A stretch of 64,000 nucleotides of DNA from Candidatus Iainarchaeum sp. (GCA_018304425.1 JAGVWE010000002.1:160001-224000); one strand, 5' to 3'. Numbered from the stretch's first letter, positions 37,072-46,819 are shown. The notes: generated by a model from the letters alone, not told the origin. Numbers and translations are program-made.

Positions 37072-38534
37072 CCGAACAGCCTGGTCTGCCTGCTCTCATC
37101 GGAGGACGGGTGGCTTTCGTCGTCCGAAGGAGCGGTGGGAACCTTTTCCTCAGGGGTTTCTTCGCCGCCCACGTAATCTGCCAAGGAGCCGCGCGAGCCC
37201 CGGGGTGCGGGTGCGTCCGCCGCAGTCATGCCTTCGAGGGGCTTCAGCGAACGCGGTTTGGCGTGCGCGGCACGCAGCTCTTCGGCCTTGGCCAAGGCGT
37301 CCTTGACTTTCTTGGTATCGGCCTTGGTGTCCATCAAGAACGCGAGTTCCTCGGCCTCGAAGTCGAACTGCGCGCAGAGCTCTGCTGCCTTTTCCTTGTC
37401 CTCGCAGAGCACCTTCAAGTAGGGCAGGTCGTGGGCCATGACTTCCCTGGCCGAGGAATGGGTTTTTTCCCCGATTTTCCGGCAGAGCCCGGTTTTAAGC
37501 CCCCGCAAGGCCTTGGACCTGGAGAGCATGGAGAGCAGGCCGGGGAACCGGAACTGCAGCCAGCCATGGTAGTCCTGGGAACGCGAAAGCGCAACGCCTG
37601 CAGTCATCAAGTCGCCGGAATAGCGGAGGAACTCCCAGGCCTGCCTGCGCAGGATGCGCGCGGAATAAATGTCGGCCTTGCTCAACCGCTCGAAGGCCGC
37701 CGCAGTATCCGGGCGCGCGGTGTAGATGCGGGGAATGTTTTCCTCGACCCACCGCAAGAGCATGTCGTTGCTCAAGTCCGTGGAAAAACGCGCGCGCCGG
37801 ATTTCCTCCACGGTTTTTCCCTTGAAAATCTGTTCCAATACCTTGAAGATTTTTTCCTCGCGCTCGCGGAAGCCCATGCCCTGCACGTCGGCCAGGGAAA
37901 CGCTTTCCCCCAGCGCCAGAGTCTGCGCGTCCAGCAACGCGGAACGCATGTCCCCGGACGCGTTGCGCGCGAGCTCCTTGACGGCTTCCTCGTCGAATTT
38001 CGCGCCTTCGACCGACAAAACCTCTTTGAGGCGCTTGGCCATGGAAAGGTAATTGATTTTCTTGAATTCCAGGGCCTCGCACGCGTAAACAAAGGACTTC
38101 ATCTTCTGGTCGCCGTAGACGTCGTTCGCGGTCAGGATGACCGGGTTTTGCGCGGTCTTCACGATTTCCCCGATGGCCGCCGCGCCCCCCCGGTCGCGGG
38201 CCTGCAAGCCATCCGCCTCGTCGATGAGCACCAGGCGAAGCCGGCCGGAAAAACTGGCGTTGAGCGCCGCGCCGCCCGCGTACTTTTCGATGTTTTCCTT
38301 GGAGCGCAAGTCCGAGGCGTTTAACTCGAAGACCTGCCAGCCATGCAGGCGCGCGAGCAGGTAAGCCAGGCAGGTCTTTCCCGCACCCGACTGGCCCCAA
38401 AAGAGCAGGGGCTTCTGGCGCTGGCCGGCCTGCCAAGCCTTCGCCCAGGCAAGGCCACGTTCGACGAGGTCCGAGTTGCCAATAAATTCCTCCACGGACT
38501 TGGGAGCGAACTGGTCAGTCCAGAGCTGGGCCAT
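37068..38534 (-). CDS. rfcL: Replication factor C large subunit
   Basis: W...F.PK, G.SGAGKT, ELNASD.R, LIDEADG, GDMRSA..D; C-terminal PIP-like QTRLF. Confidence 0.95.
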   Translation of the reverse strand: MAQLWTDQFAPKSVEEFIGNSDLVERGLAWAKAWQAGQRQKPLLFWGQSGAGKTCLAYLLARLHGWQVFELNASDLRSKENIEKYAGGAALNASFSGRLRLVLIDEADGLQARDRGGAAAIGEIVKTAQNPVILTANDVYGDQKMKSFVYACEALEFKKINYLSMAKRLKEVLSVEGAKFDEEAVKELARNASGDMRSALLDAQTLALGESVSLADVQGMGFREREEKIFKVLEQIFKGKTVEEIRRARFSTDLSNDMLLRWVEENIPRIYTARPDTAAAFERLSKADIYSARILRRQAWEFLRYSGDLMTAGVALSRSQDYHGWLQFRFPGLLSMLSRSKALRGLKTGLCRKIGEKTHSSAREVMAHDLPYLKVLCEDKEKAAELCAQFDFEAEELAFLMDTKADTKKVKDALAKAEELRAAHAKPRSLKPLEGMTAADAPAPRGSRGSLADYVGGEETPEEKVPTAPSDDESHPSSDESRQTRLFG

Positions 38535-38609
38535 GCAAGGAATGGGCTGGAAAAGGGTTTTAAAGGCCACTAACAGGGCTTTAAAACCTGTCGGAAGCAG
38601 GGAATTAAA

Positions 38610-39803
38610 ATGCAGGTCGGCCTCGTGGGAAAGCCTTCGTCAGGGAAGTCAACCCTGTTCAACGCCTTGACGCTGCTTGACGCGGCCATGGCCAGCTATC
38701 CGTTTACCACCATCGAGCCCAACAAGGGCATCGGCTTTGTCCGCGTGGACTGCGTGGACAAGGAGTTCGGCAAGCAATGCAAGCCCCGCACCGGCTACTG
38801 CGAGAACGGGACAAGGTATGTTCCAGCCGAAGTCATTGACGTGGCCGGGTTGGTGCCGGGAGCCAGCGAGGGCCGCGGGAAAGGCAACGAGTTCTTGTCC
38901 GATTTGTCGCACGCCGACGTCTTGATTCACGTCGTGGACGCCTCGGGTTCAACCAACGAGGAAGGCCAACTGGTGCCCATGGGCAGCCACGACCCGGTCA
39001 AGGACGTGCGCTTTCTGGAAGACGAAATAGACTTGTGGTTCGCGGGCGTCATCGCCAAGAACTTCAAGAAGTTCGGGAAGACGCCCTTCGAGGGAAAGGG
39101 CGCGCTGTTGAAGGCCATGGCGGCCTGCCTGTCCGGGATTGGCGGCACGGAACGCGACTGCGATTTGGCGCTGGACAAAGCCGGGCTCTTGAACAAGAAA
39201 CTGCAGACCTGGGACGAGAACGACATCAAGGCGTTTGCCACGGCTTTGAGGAAGGTCAGCAAACCCATGGTCATCGCAGCCAACAAGATTGATTTGCCGG
39301 GCGCGGAAAAGAACGTGGAACGCATCCGAAAGGAGTTCCCGCATTTGACGGTCATTGGCTGCAGCGCCATCGCGGAGTTGACGCTCAAGCGCGCGAACAA
39401 GGACGGCACCCTCAAGTACCTGCCGGGCAGCAAGGACTTCACGGTGCTCAAAGACCTGAACGAGGCCCAGCAAAAGGGCCTCGAATACATCCGCAAGAAC
39501 GTGCTCGAAAAGTTCGGGTCAACGGGCGTACAAGAACTGCTCGACAAGACCGTGTTCGACGCCTTGGGCTACATCGCGGTCTTCCCAGGGGGAACCAAGA
39601 AGCTCGAGGACTCCCAGGGAAGGACCCTACCGGACTGCTTCCTGATGCCGCCCAAGTCAACGGCATTGGACTTCGCGTTCAAGCTGCACACGGACTTCGG
39701 CAACCACTTCATCCGCGCCGTCAACGTCAAGAACCACTTAATGATCGGCAAAGACCACGAACTACAGCACCGCGACGTGGTCGAAATCATCCACGGGGCG
39801 TAA
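38610..39803 (+). CDS. ychF: OBG-family ATPase YchF/Ola1 (archaeal)
   Basis: GKPSSGKST, YPFTTIEPN, DVAGLVPGA, NKID, C-terminal TGS domain. Confidence 0.94.
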   Translation: MQVGLVGKPSSGKSTLFNALTLLDAAMASYPFTTIEPNKGIGFVRVDCVDKEFGKQCKPRTGYCENGTRYVPAEVIDVAGLVPGASEGRGKGNEFLSDLSHADVLIHVVDASGSTNEEGQLVPMGSHDPVKDVRFLEDEIDLWFAGVIAKNFKKFGKTPFEGKGALLKAMAACLSGIGGTERDCDLALDKAGLLNKKLQTWDENDIKAFATALRKVSKPMVIAANKIDLPGAEKNVERIRKEFPHLTVIGCSAIAELTLKRANKDGTLKYLPGSKDFTVLKDLNEAQQKGLEYIRKNVLEKFGSTGVQELLDKTVFDALGYIAVFPGGTKKLEDSQGRTLPDCFLMPPKSTALDFAFKLHTDFGNHFIRAVNVKNHLMIGKDHELQHRDVVEIIHGA

Positions 39804-39826
39804 AGAAAAAGAGGAAAAGAAGCCCG

Positions 39827-40117
39827 CTAATGAATGACGGGCTTGGCGTCGACTTGGGGGAGGACTTCCGCCCTGGACTCGTGCGACAACTGCCGTTCCT
39901 CGGCGGAGACCAGGTGCATGATTTCGCCGAGCTCCTTGTCCTTGTTGCGGAGCCGGCCCAAGGCATAGAGGTAGGCGTTGATGATGCTGTCCAGGTCAAG
40001 GGTGCGCTTGAAGCCCTGCCTAGCCACTTCCTCGAAGTACAAGTGAACCAACTTGAACGCGGTCTCCTCGTCGGAGGCGCGGGAAACCATTGACCGCTGC
40101 ATTGCCTTCATGACCAT
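39827..40117 (-). CDS. Hypothetical protein (96 aa, helical)
   Basis: GAGGTGGT SD before ATG; KLVHLYFEEVARQGFKR.LDLD.IINAY. Confidence 0.8.
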   Translation of the reverse strand: MVMKAMQRSMVSRASDEETAFKLVHLYFEEVARQGFKRTLDLDSIINAYLYALGRLRNKDKELGEIMHLVSAEERQLSHESRAEVLPQVDAKPVIH

Positions 40118-40155
40118 ACCACCTCAAAGAATACGGGGTAAGGAGTATTTAAGGG

Positions 40156-40899
40156 TTACGCCGGCTTGAACAACAGGAAAGCGATTTCGCCTTGGCCGCC
40201 CAAGAAGTTGCTGGCCGTCACGGCAGAGGACTCCAGGGCCTTGAAACCGAGGCGCTCGCATTCGACGAGAAAGGCCTTGAACGAGAAGCCGGTGGGGGGA
40301 AACTCGTTGCAGAACACGGCCAGCCGCGCCAAGGCATCCCCTCGGAGGACGCGGTGGAACTCGCGCAACGCGGCCTCCCAGTCCGGCATGTACTCCAGGG
40401 AGTGCAGGCAAAGGATTTTGTCCACGGAATGGTCGGGTAACCCCGTGCGGGAAGCGGGCCGCTCCAGGAACTCCATTTTGTAGGCGACGCCCTCCCTTTG
40501 GGCGAGCGCCAGGGCCTGTTCCAGGAAGGGCCTGGAAAAGTCCAGGCAAAGGGTTTTCCCCCTTGGGTTCAGGTGCTTGGCGAGGAACACCTCATAGAAA
40601 CCGGAACCACAGCCGATGCTGAGAAGGTCTTCGTTGCCGTGAAAGGCCAGCGAGAGGAACAGTTTTTCAAACACGTGAAGCCGCTGGTCCAGGGTCGGGA
40701 CGGCGTCATAGGAAGCGGACAGCTTGTTCCAAGCGCCTTTCATGGAGTCGAGGCTTGGCCGCCCAGACTCCAAGTCGATTTCCGTCTGGAAGTCCAGGAG
40801 CCGCTGCTTTTCGAGGCGGGAAAGGGCGGGAAGCGGCTGGCGTTCGAGGAACGCCTTGAAGTCGGAGACGATGGCAGGTTGCATGGCATCACGCGGCAT
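40156..40899 (-). CDS. Class I SAM-dependent methyltransferase
   Basis: LLSIGCGSG, LDFS...L..A, LPD.SVD, L.EFHRVLR. Confidence 0.88.
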   Translation of the reverse strand: MPRDAMQPAIVSDFKAFLERQPLPALSRLEKQRLLDFQTEIDLESGRPSLDSMKGAWNKLSASYDAVPTLDQRLHVFEKLFLSLAFHGNEDLLSIGCGSGFYEVFLAKHLNPRGKTLCLDFSRPFLEQALALAQREGVAYKMEFLERPASRTGLPDHSVDKILCLHSLEYMPDWEAALREFHRVLRGDALARLAVFCNEFPPTGFSFKAFLVECERLGFKALESSAVTASNFLGGQGEIAFLLFKPA

Positions 40900-42022
40900 C
40901 CAAGGCCTTCAACAAGGCCTCGCCCTGCACGGCGAGCGTGATTTCCTTGGTCTTTCCCTTGTTCCCCAAGTCAATCAACGCGGAGCGGATGAGGCGATGC
41001 GCTTCCAGGTTGGCCAGGAAGTCCCGGATCCTCCGCTCGGTCACGGGTTCCTTCACGGCGGAAGCGTATTGCTGGTAGAGTTCCCCCGAGTGGAGGGTGC
41101 CCTTGCCCGCGATTATCCGCAGCAAGGCCCTTTCGTGTTCGCTCAGGTATTTCACGGCTTTCAGGTTCTGCTCGGCGACCGCTTCAAAGGCATTCTGCAG
41201 GTGGCATAACTCCACGCGCTCCGCGTTCACGCGCTCCGCTTCCCTGCCTGCCTTCCACAGGCACTCGATGGCGATGCGGGCGTCGCCCCCGAGCTTGGCG
41301 GCGTGCGCGGCCGCGACGTTGATGACTTCGGGGTCCAGGGAGCCGGGCGCGAACGCGTACTCGGCGCGCTCGCGGAGGATGTCCTTCAACTGCTGGGGGC
41401 TATAGGGGTTGAATTCAATGGCTTGCTCGGCAAGCGAACTCCGGATGCGGGGGTCAAGCCGCACCGTCAAGGCCTTGTCGTTGGAGACCAGAATGAGTTC
41501 GAGGCCCTTCTTCTGGTACTCGATGACGCGCAACAAGTCGTACAAGAGCTTTTCGCCGTCCTCGGCGCACAACAACTGGTCCACCTCGTCCAAGACGATG
41601 ACGGGCGTGAAGGAGGCCTGCTTCAAGGCGTTCAAGAGCTTGGAGTATAGCTCGTCGGTTGCCACGCCCCGGCGGGGCACGGCCTCTCCGAGGAAGTTGG
41701 CGAGTTCGGATAGGACGGCGTGCCGGGAATTGAATTCAAAGCAGTTGAGGTAAAGGTGCTTGGCGCGGTCGGTGTGCTCTTCGAGTTGGTGGAGGACGAA
41801 CTTGATGCATGCGGTTTTTCCCACCCCGGTTCCGCCGCACACGAAGACGTTCTGGGGCTTGCCGCCCCGCGCAATCGGGTTCAGGGCATACACCAGGGAA
41901 TCGATTTCCGCGTCCCGGTGGGGCAGCCGCTCCGGGACGAACTCCGGGTAGAGGTATTTCTCGTTGCGGAACAGGTTGTGCTCGCGCCTGGCCTCCGCGA
42001 AGATGTTCTTGGGCATGACCAC
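40889..42022 (-). CDS. cdc6: Cdc6/Orc1 replication initiator
   Basis: Y.PE.LPHR..EI, GGTGVGKT, YLNC, IVLDEVD, R.RSSL, F.PY...QL.DIL.ER, GDAR.AI; C-terminal winged helix. Confidence 0.96.
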   Translation of the reverse strand: MVMPKNIFAEARREHNLFRNEKYLYPEFVPERLPHRDAEIDSLVYALNPIARGGKPQNVFVCGGTGVGKTACIKFVLHQLEEHTDRAKHLYLNCFEFNSRHAVLSELANFLGEAVPRRGVATDELYSKLLNALKQASFTPVIVLDEVDQLLCAEDGEKLLYDLLRVIEYQKKGLELILVSNDKALTVRLDPRIRSSLAEQAIEFNPYSPQQLKDILRERAEYAFAPGSLDPEVINVAAAHAAKLGGDARIAIECLWKAGREAERVNAERVELCHLQNAFEAVAEQNLKAVKYLSEHERALLRIIAGKGTLHSGELYQQYASAVKEPVTERRIRDFLANLEAHRLIRSALIDLGNKGKTKEITLAVQGEALLKALDAA

Positions 42023-42079
42023 TAATTAGGGGGCTGAAAGAATAAATAAAGGTTTCCCCGGGGGAAAGCCGGGAAACCG

Positions 42080-43312
42080 CTATTTCTTTCGCTCCTTGAG
42101 CCACTGACTGGCAAGCGCCTGGTCTTCCAGGGCGGCCTTCAAGCGCTTCAAGCCCTCTTGGATGTCCTTGGTTCCCGTGGCATACGACAAGCGGATGTAC
42201 TCGTCGTTTTCGCCCGCGTTCTTGCGGCCAAACCGCATGCGGGACAAAACAGCCACACCGGCCTTTTCGAGGGCATAGTCTTCGACGTCCAGGGAGTCCT
42301 TGAAGCCCAGGTTCTTGCAGGCCCCGGTGACGTTGGCGAAGACATAAAAGGCGCCGAACGGGAGGTGGCAGCGAACCCCTTTGATTTCGTTCAAGAGCCC
42401 GACAATCAGGTCGCGCCTGGCCTTGTACTCGGCCACCATCTTGCGGGAGGGCTCCTGGCTGCCTTCCAAGGCGGTCTTGCCGGCCAACTGGGTGAAAGTG
42501 GCAGCGCAGGCCACGTAATTGTTGTTGAGCCTCGCGATGCCGGGCACGAGTTCCCTGGGCATGGCCCCGTAGCCGAGGCGCCAACCGCACATGGCGTAAA
42601 TCTTTGAGAAGCCATGGAGGAGGATGGTTCTTTCCTTCACGCCTGGAAACTTGAGGATGCTGTGGAATTCCTTGTCATAGGTGATGTCGGAATAGATTTC
42701 ATCGGTTAAAATCCAGAAATCGTGTTTCTTTGCCAGTTCCGCGAGCCGCTTCAGGTCATCGGCCGCGATTACGCCGCCGGTGGGGTTGGCCGGGCTGTTG
42801 ATGACCACCATCTTGGTCTTGGGGGTGATGAGCCGCTCGAGTTCGTTGATGTCAAAACTGAACCCCCTGGACTCCCAGTACGGCAAAGGCACCCGCTTTC
42901 CGCCCACGAAGTCGATGGCGGACTCGTAGATCGGGTAGCCGGGGTTCGGGTAGATGACCTCATCGCCTTCATTGACCAGCGCCTGGATGGCGAACAGGAT
43001 GATGGACTTGCCGCCCGCAGTCACGACGATTTCGTCCATGGAATAGGGCACGCCATAGCGCTTCGTGAGGTGCGCGGCAATGGCTTCCCGTAGTTCGGGC
43101 AGCCCAGCCGGCGGGCCATAGTGGGTGCGCCCCTTTTGGATGGCCTGGATGCCGGCCTCGCGGATGTGCTCCGGCGTGTCAAAGTCGGGTTCGCCGATGC
43201 AGAAGCTCACGATGTCGCGGCCCTTCCTTCGCAAGTCGACGACCTTGGCAAGGACCTCGAATGCGGTCTCGGTTCCCAGCCTGGACATTCTTTCAGCGAG
43301 TTTCACTTTCAT
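42080..43312 (-). CDS. aspC: PLP-dependent aminotransferase class I/II (aspartate aminotransferase-like)
   Basis: GEPDFDTP, G...LREAIA, NSPANPTG, DEIY, GFSK.YAM.GWRLG, GAFY.F, IRLSYA. Confidence 0.92.
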   Translation of the reverse strand: MKVKLAERMSRLGTETAFEVLAKVVDLRRKGRDIVSFCIGEPDFDTPEHIREAGIQAIQKGRTHYGPPAGLPELREAIAAHLTKRYGVPYSMDEIVVTAGGKSIILFAIQALVNEGDEVIYPNPGYPIYESAIDFVGGKRVPLPYWESRGFSFDINELERLITPKTKMVVINSPANPTGGVIAADDLKRLAELAKKHDFWILTDEIYSDITYDKEFHSILKFPGVKERTILLHGFSKIYAMCGWRLGYGAMPRELVPGIARLNNNYVACAATFTQLAGKTALEGSQEPSRKMVAEYKARRDLIVGLLNEIKGVRCHLPFGAFYVFANVTGACKNLGFKDSLDVEDYALEKAGVAVLSRMRFGRKNAGENDEYIRLSYATGTKDIQEGLKRLKAALEDQALASQWLKERKK

Positions 43313-43313
43313 T

Positions 43314-44309
43314 TCAGGTCACCTTCATCCGGCTCTTGGCGAGCACTTTCCGATTAACCAGGCAATCCGGCGCGATGCCGTTGAAGGCCGAGACAAGGTT
43401 GTTCACGGCCAATAAACCCATGTCCGTACGGCTTTTAACGGTTGCGGAAGCGATGTGGGGGGCGAGGACGACGTTCTCGAGCTTGAGCAGGGCCTTCTCG
43501 ATGACGGGTTCGCGCTCGTAGACGTCCAGGCCCGCGGCAAAAATGCGTTTTTCCTGGAGCGCCTGGGCCAGCGCCTTCTCGTCAACCACCGGGCCGCGTG
43601 AAGTGTTGACGAGCACCGCGGTCGGCTTCATGAGCTTGAACTCCTTCTCGCCAATCAAGTGATGCGTGTTGGGGTTGAGGGGAACGTGCAGGGAAACGAA
43701 GTCGGACTCGCGCAACAGGGTTTCCTTGTCCACGAATTTCGCGCCGAACTCTTTCTCGAAGTCTGGGACGCGCTGGACGTCGTGGTAAAGGATTTTCATT
43801 TCAAAGCCCTGGGCCGCGCGCCTGGCGACCTCGCGACCGATGCGGCCCAAGCCGAAGATGCCGAGGGTCGCGTCCTCGGTGCTCTGGCCCAGGAAGTGCA
43901 GCGGGCCCCAGCCCTTGAACTTGCCCTTGCGCACGAAGCGCTCGGCCTCGCCCACGCGGCGCGCGGCGGCCAGCAAAAGCGTGAACGCGAAATCCGCGGT
44001 GGCGTCGGTGAGCACTCCCGGGGTGTTCGTGACCAGGATGCCGTGGTGCGTGGCCGCCTTGACGTCCACGTTGTTGAAGCCCACCGCATAATTGGAGACC
44101 ATCTTGAGGTTGGGCTCCGCGTCCAAGACTTCGGCGTCAATGGAGTCCGTCAAGAGGCAGAGCAAGGCGTCCTTGCCCTTCACGCCTTTCACGATTTCTT
44201 TTTTGGTGAGGACGCGGTCTTCCTTGTTGAATTCGACGTCGAAGTGGAGGAACAGCAGGTCCATGGCAGGCTTTGGAATCTGCCGAGTAACGAAGATTTT
44301 CGGTTTCAT
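43314..44309 (-). CDS. gyaR: Glyoxylate reductase / D-glycerate dehydrogenase (D-2-hydroxyacid dehydrogenase)
   Basis: AVG.NN.DV, TNTPGVLT.ATAD, GLGRIG, SLHVPL, NTSRG.VVDE, LDVYE.EP, PHIASAT. Confidence 0.92.
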   Translation of the reverse strand: MKPKIFVTRQIPKPAMDLLFLHFDVEFNKEDRVLTKKEIVKGVKGKDALLCLLTDSIDAEVLDAEPNLKMVSNYAVGFNNVDVKAATHHGILVTNTPGVLTDATADFAFTLLLAAARRVGEAERFVRKGKFKGWGPLHFLGQSTEDATLGIFGLGRIGREVARRAAQGFEMKILYHDVQRVPDFEKEFGAKFVDKETLLRESDFVSLHVPLNPNTHHLIGEKEFKLMKPTAVLVNTSRGPVVDEKALAQALQEKRIFAAGLDVYEREPVIEKALLKLENVVLAPHIASATVKSRTDMGLLAVNNLVSAFNGIAPDCLVNRKVLAKSRMKVT

Positions 44310-44528
44310 GGGGCCCACTGGGACAGGAAACTTACCCATGAAAAGGAATTTAAAGCGAGAGCCTGTTTTCCGCAAACGCTTTTTTTCCGCAAGAAAAAAA
44401 GGGTTTAAAGACTGGCTTGAAAGCGTAAAAGACGGCGGAAAGCGAAACCAAGGGGTTCTGGCACCGGAAAAGACGGGTTCAAGGGTCGTTTAAAAAGGCC
44501 TTGAACAAGAGGATAGAGGTGATAAACC

Positions 44529-44606
44529 ATGAACATTTACGCCAGATGGGTCTTGCAGGAAAAACAGGACTACGAGATTACCCGGCCCAGGCAAAACCCC
44601 CAATAG
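44529..44606 (+). CDS. Putative 25-aa micro-ORF MNIYARWVLQEKQDYEITRPRQNPQ
   Basis: Near-perfect archaeal SD GAGGTGAT 5 nt before ATG; TTTAAAAA TATA-like box at ~44489. Confidence 0.5.
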   Translation: MNIYARWVLQEKQDYEITRPRQNPQ

Positions 44607-44633
44607 CCTCCTTAGCGCCCAACCTAACAGGCC

Positions 44634-44749
44634 GCTATTTATGTCCCGTCGAGCCCCCAAGGCGAAGACGGGACGACGTATAGCGCACAGCCGAAGCCAG
44701 CAGGCGGAGGTGCCCATCAGGGCACGCCGCTATCGTGCGGCTATTTATG
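44634..44749. other. Structured ~96-nt element bounded by 10-bp direct repeats
   Basis: GCTATTTATG at 44634-44643 and 44740-44749; stems GTCCCGTC/GACGGGAC, GTGCCC/GGGCAC, ATAGCGCAC/GTGCGGCTAT. Confidence 0.6.
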
Positions 44750-44773
44750 GATTACGTGGCCTGAATCTGGGGT

Positions 44774-45604
44774 ATGCCCGGGATACTGTTCGGCTCTTCC
44801 GGCATCCCCCACTCGGCCGAGGGCGGCGACACCGTGAAAGGCATCCAAACCATGCGGGAGCTCGGGCTGGACGCCATGGAACTGAGTTTCACCCACGGAG
44901 TGCACCTGGGCCCGGCCAGCGCGCGGGACGTGCGAAGGACAAGCGAGGAAACCGGCATCAAGCTCAGCATCCACGGCCCCTACTACATCAACTTGTTCGC
45001 GAAGGAACCCGAGAAGGTGGAGGCAAGCAAGCAACGCATCTGGAAGAGCCTCGAAGTCGGGGAAATCGCGGGCTGCGACTACGTCTGCTTTCACCCCGCC
45101 TACTACATGAAAGCCGAACCGAAAACCGTGCACGCGCAGGTGCGCGACATCCTGGCGGAGTTGCAGGGCAAACTCCACGACCAGAAGATGCGCATCCGGT
45201 TGGCGCCGGAGACCACGGGAAGGGTCACGCAGTTCGGCTCGCTGGCGGAGACCCTGGAACTGGCCTACGAGCTGAAGGAACTCCTGCCCGTCTTCGACTT
45301 CTGCCACTTGCACGCCCGCGAGAACGGGAAGTTCAAGCGCAAGGAAGACGTGGAACGGGTCTTCGACGAGGTCGAGGCGACCACGCCTTGGCTGCTCAAG
45401 GACTTCCGCATGCAGGTTTCGGGCGTCAGCTACACCGTGAAAGGCGAGCGGGCGCACACCGCGTTGGCGGACTCCGACTTTCCCTGGAAGTGGTTGATGG
45501 AGTGCCTCAAAGAGTTCGGGGTGAACGGCGTGGCCATCTGCGAGAGCCCCCAACTCGAATTCGACGCGATGAAGATGCGGGACTACTACAAGGGGCTGCC
45601 GTAG
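44774..45604 (+). CDS. nfo: Endonuclease IV (AP endonuclease 2 family TIM barrel)
   Basis: LDAME..F.HG, LSIHGPYYINL, FHPAYY, APETTG...QFG.L.E, DFCH.HAR, ICESP.LE.DA. Confidence 0.9.
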   Translation: MPGILFGSSGIPHSAEGGDTVKGIQTMRELGLDAMELSFTHGVHLGPASARDVRRTSEETGIKLSIHGPYYINLFAKEPEKVEASKQRIWKSLEVGEIAGCDYVCFHPAYYMKAEPKTVHAQVRDILAELQGKLHDQKMRIRLAPETTGRVTQFGSLAETLELAYELKELLPVFDFCHLHARENGKFKRKEDVERVFDEVEATTPWLLKDFRMQVSGVSYTVKGERAHTALADSDFPWKWLMECLKEFGVNGVAICESPQLEFDAMKMRDYYKGLP

Positions 45605-45649
45605 GACGTCGCAAGCAACGTTATATAGGAGTTTGAGCGCTTTATTTGC

Positions 45650-46621
45650 ATGGGAAAACGTTGGAAGAGCGGGGCCCGCAAGCGGCGGAACCCCAAGCCG
45701 CGCAAACGGGGGCCGACGCCCCGAGGCCGGCGCCTGCTTGGAATCGGCGGGGAAAGACGCCCGCCCACGGTCTTTGAGGCGGCTTTAGCGCGGCTTGCCC
45801 GGGCGCAACGCATCCAGGAAAGGAATAGGCGCGCCGTGGAAGAGGGCAGGTTCGGAAGAGTCAGGCGGTACACCAAGCCAGAGGACCGCAGACGCCCCTC
45901 CAAAAATGACTTTCTCAACACGCTGGGACTGATTGGACGGCATGCCGTGGAACGCGAACTCGAGAAACACCGGTCCATCAAAGCAGAAGCCCTTATCAAA
46001 GCGCTTGGCAATAGAAATCCCCGTGACCTCCCGCCGGAAGAGTTGCGGTCACTGCTTGCGCAGGCAGCGGAAACGCAAGCGAGGGCCATTTCGCCGACGG
46101 CGGCAGAACTAAGGGCAGCAAGGGACGAAGCCCGCCGCGAGGCGGTGATGCGGTTGCGGAAAAGTTATGCGCAACCCAATGACCTGCTGCGCCTGCAAGT
46201 GCAGTTGGTCCACGCGCTCGGCCCAAAGACCATGGACGTCATTGCAAGAAGCGTTGGGAAACGCCCGCCGACTGACTTCGTTTTTTTCCTGGCCCAGCAA
46301 GTCAAGGCAAACAAGCACGTGCATCTTGGCGGGGACCGGTTGTACATCGATTATGCTGAACTACTAGAAGAACTCGCCAAACAACAAAATGCACTCGCCA
46401 AAACGGTGGCTGCGGGAGACCAAAAACAGGAACAAGTGCAACGAGACTTCACGCGCAAGGCCGCACGGGCACCCGATGCCTCAGCCCACGACGTGATGGC
46501 CGCACTGGGAAACATTATTGGGTTTGTAGAGGAAATTGGAACCAAGGCAGCGGCCAGAAAACAGGCGTTTAACGCCGACATGATTCGGGTGCTGGGCGCT
46601 TTGCAGGCGGCCGGCTACTGA
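45650..46621 (+). CDS. Hypothetical helical protein with very Arg/Lys-rich N-terminus
   Basis: 323 aa ORF; TTATATA box about 25 nt upstream. Confidence 0.7.
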   Translation: MGKRWKSGARKRRNPKPRKRGPTPRGRRLLGIGGERRPPTVFEAALARLARAQRIQERNRRAVEEGRFGRVRRYTKPEDRRRPSKNDFLNTLGLIGRHAVERELEKHRSIKAEALIKALGNRNPRDLPPEELRSLLAQAAETQARAISPTAAELRAARDEARREAVMRLRKSYAQPNDLLRLQVQLVHALGPKTMDVIARSVGKRPPTDFVFFLAQQVKANKHVHLGGDRLYIDYAELLEELAKQQNALAKTVAAGDQKQEQVQRDFTRKAARAPDASAHDVMAALGNIIGFVEEIGTKAAARKQAFNADMIRVLGALQAAGY

Positions 46622-46629
46622 TTCCCCGC

Positions 46630-46794
46630 CTAGTCCTCCATTAACGCGAAGATGAGTATCCACATGATGAGGAAGCCGACCACCGAGAGGAGGGGGTTCT
46701 CGAAGGCGCCGAGGAAGAACGTGGTCAACGAGAAAAAGAAGAACAAGCCGAGGGACACGAGCAGCGAGCGGAGCAGGGATTTCAGGACCGGCAT
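46630..46794 (-). CDS. Small two-TM membrane protein (54 aa)
   Basis: MPVLKSLLRSLLVSLGLFFFFSL...LLSVVGFLIMWILIFALMED; TTAAATA box about 25 nt upstream. Confidence 0.6.
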   Translation of the reverse strand: MPVLKSLLRSLLVSLGLFFFFSLTTFFLGAFENPLLSVVGFLIMWILIFALMED

Positions 46795-46819
46795 ACCAGT
46801 GTTGTAAGCGAAGGCGTAT

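Noticed and set aside
22393-42022. Inteins in LonB, RFC-L or Cdc6
   Set aside because: Lengths are normal and no intein splice motifs (C...HN) interrupt the P-loop regions.
42023-42079. Possible replication origin or ORB upstream of cdc6 (GGTTTCCCCGGGGGAAAGCCGGGAAACC)
   Set aside because: The gap is only 57 bp, with no repeated ORB plus G-string and no extended AT-rich unwinding element. It is better read as a hairpin plus the cdc6 promoter.
44643-44674. Hairpin with a GA/GAA internal loop resembling an archaeal SECIS
   Set aside because: The asymmetry is reversed relative to the GAA/A consensus, and no in-frame TGA selenoprotein candidate was seen nearby.
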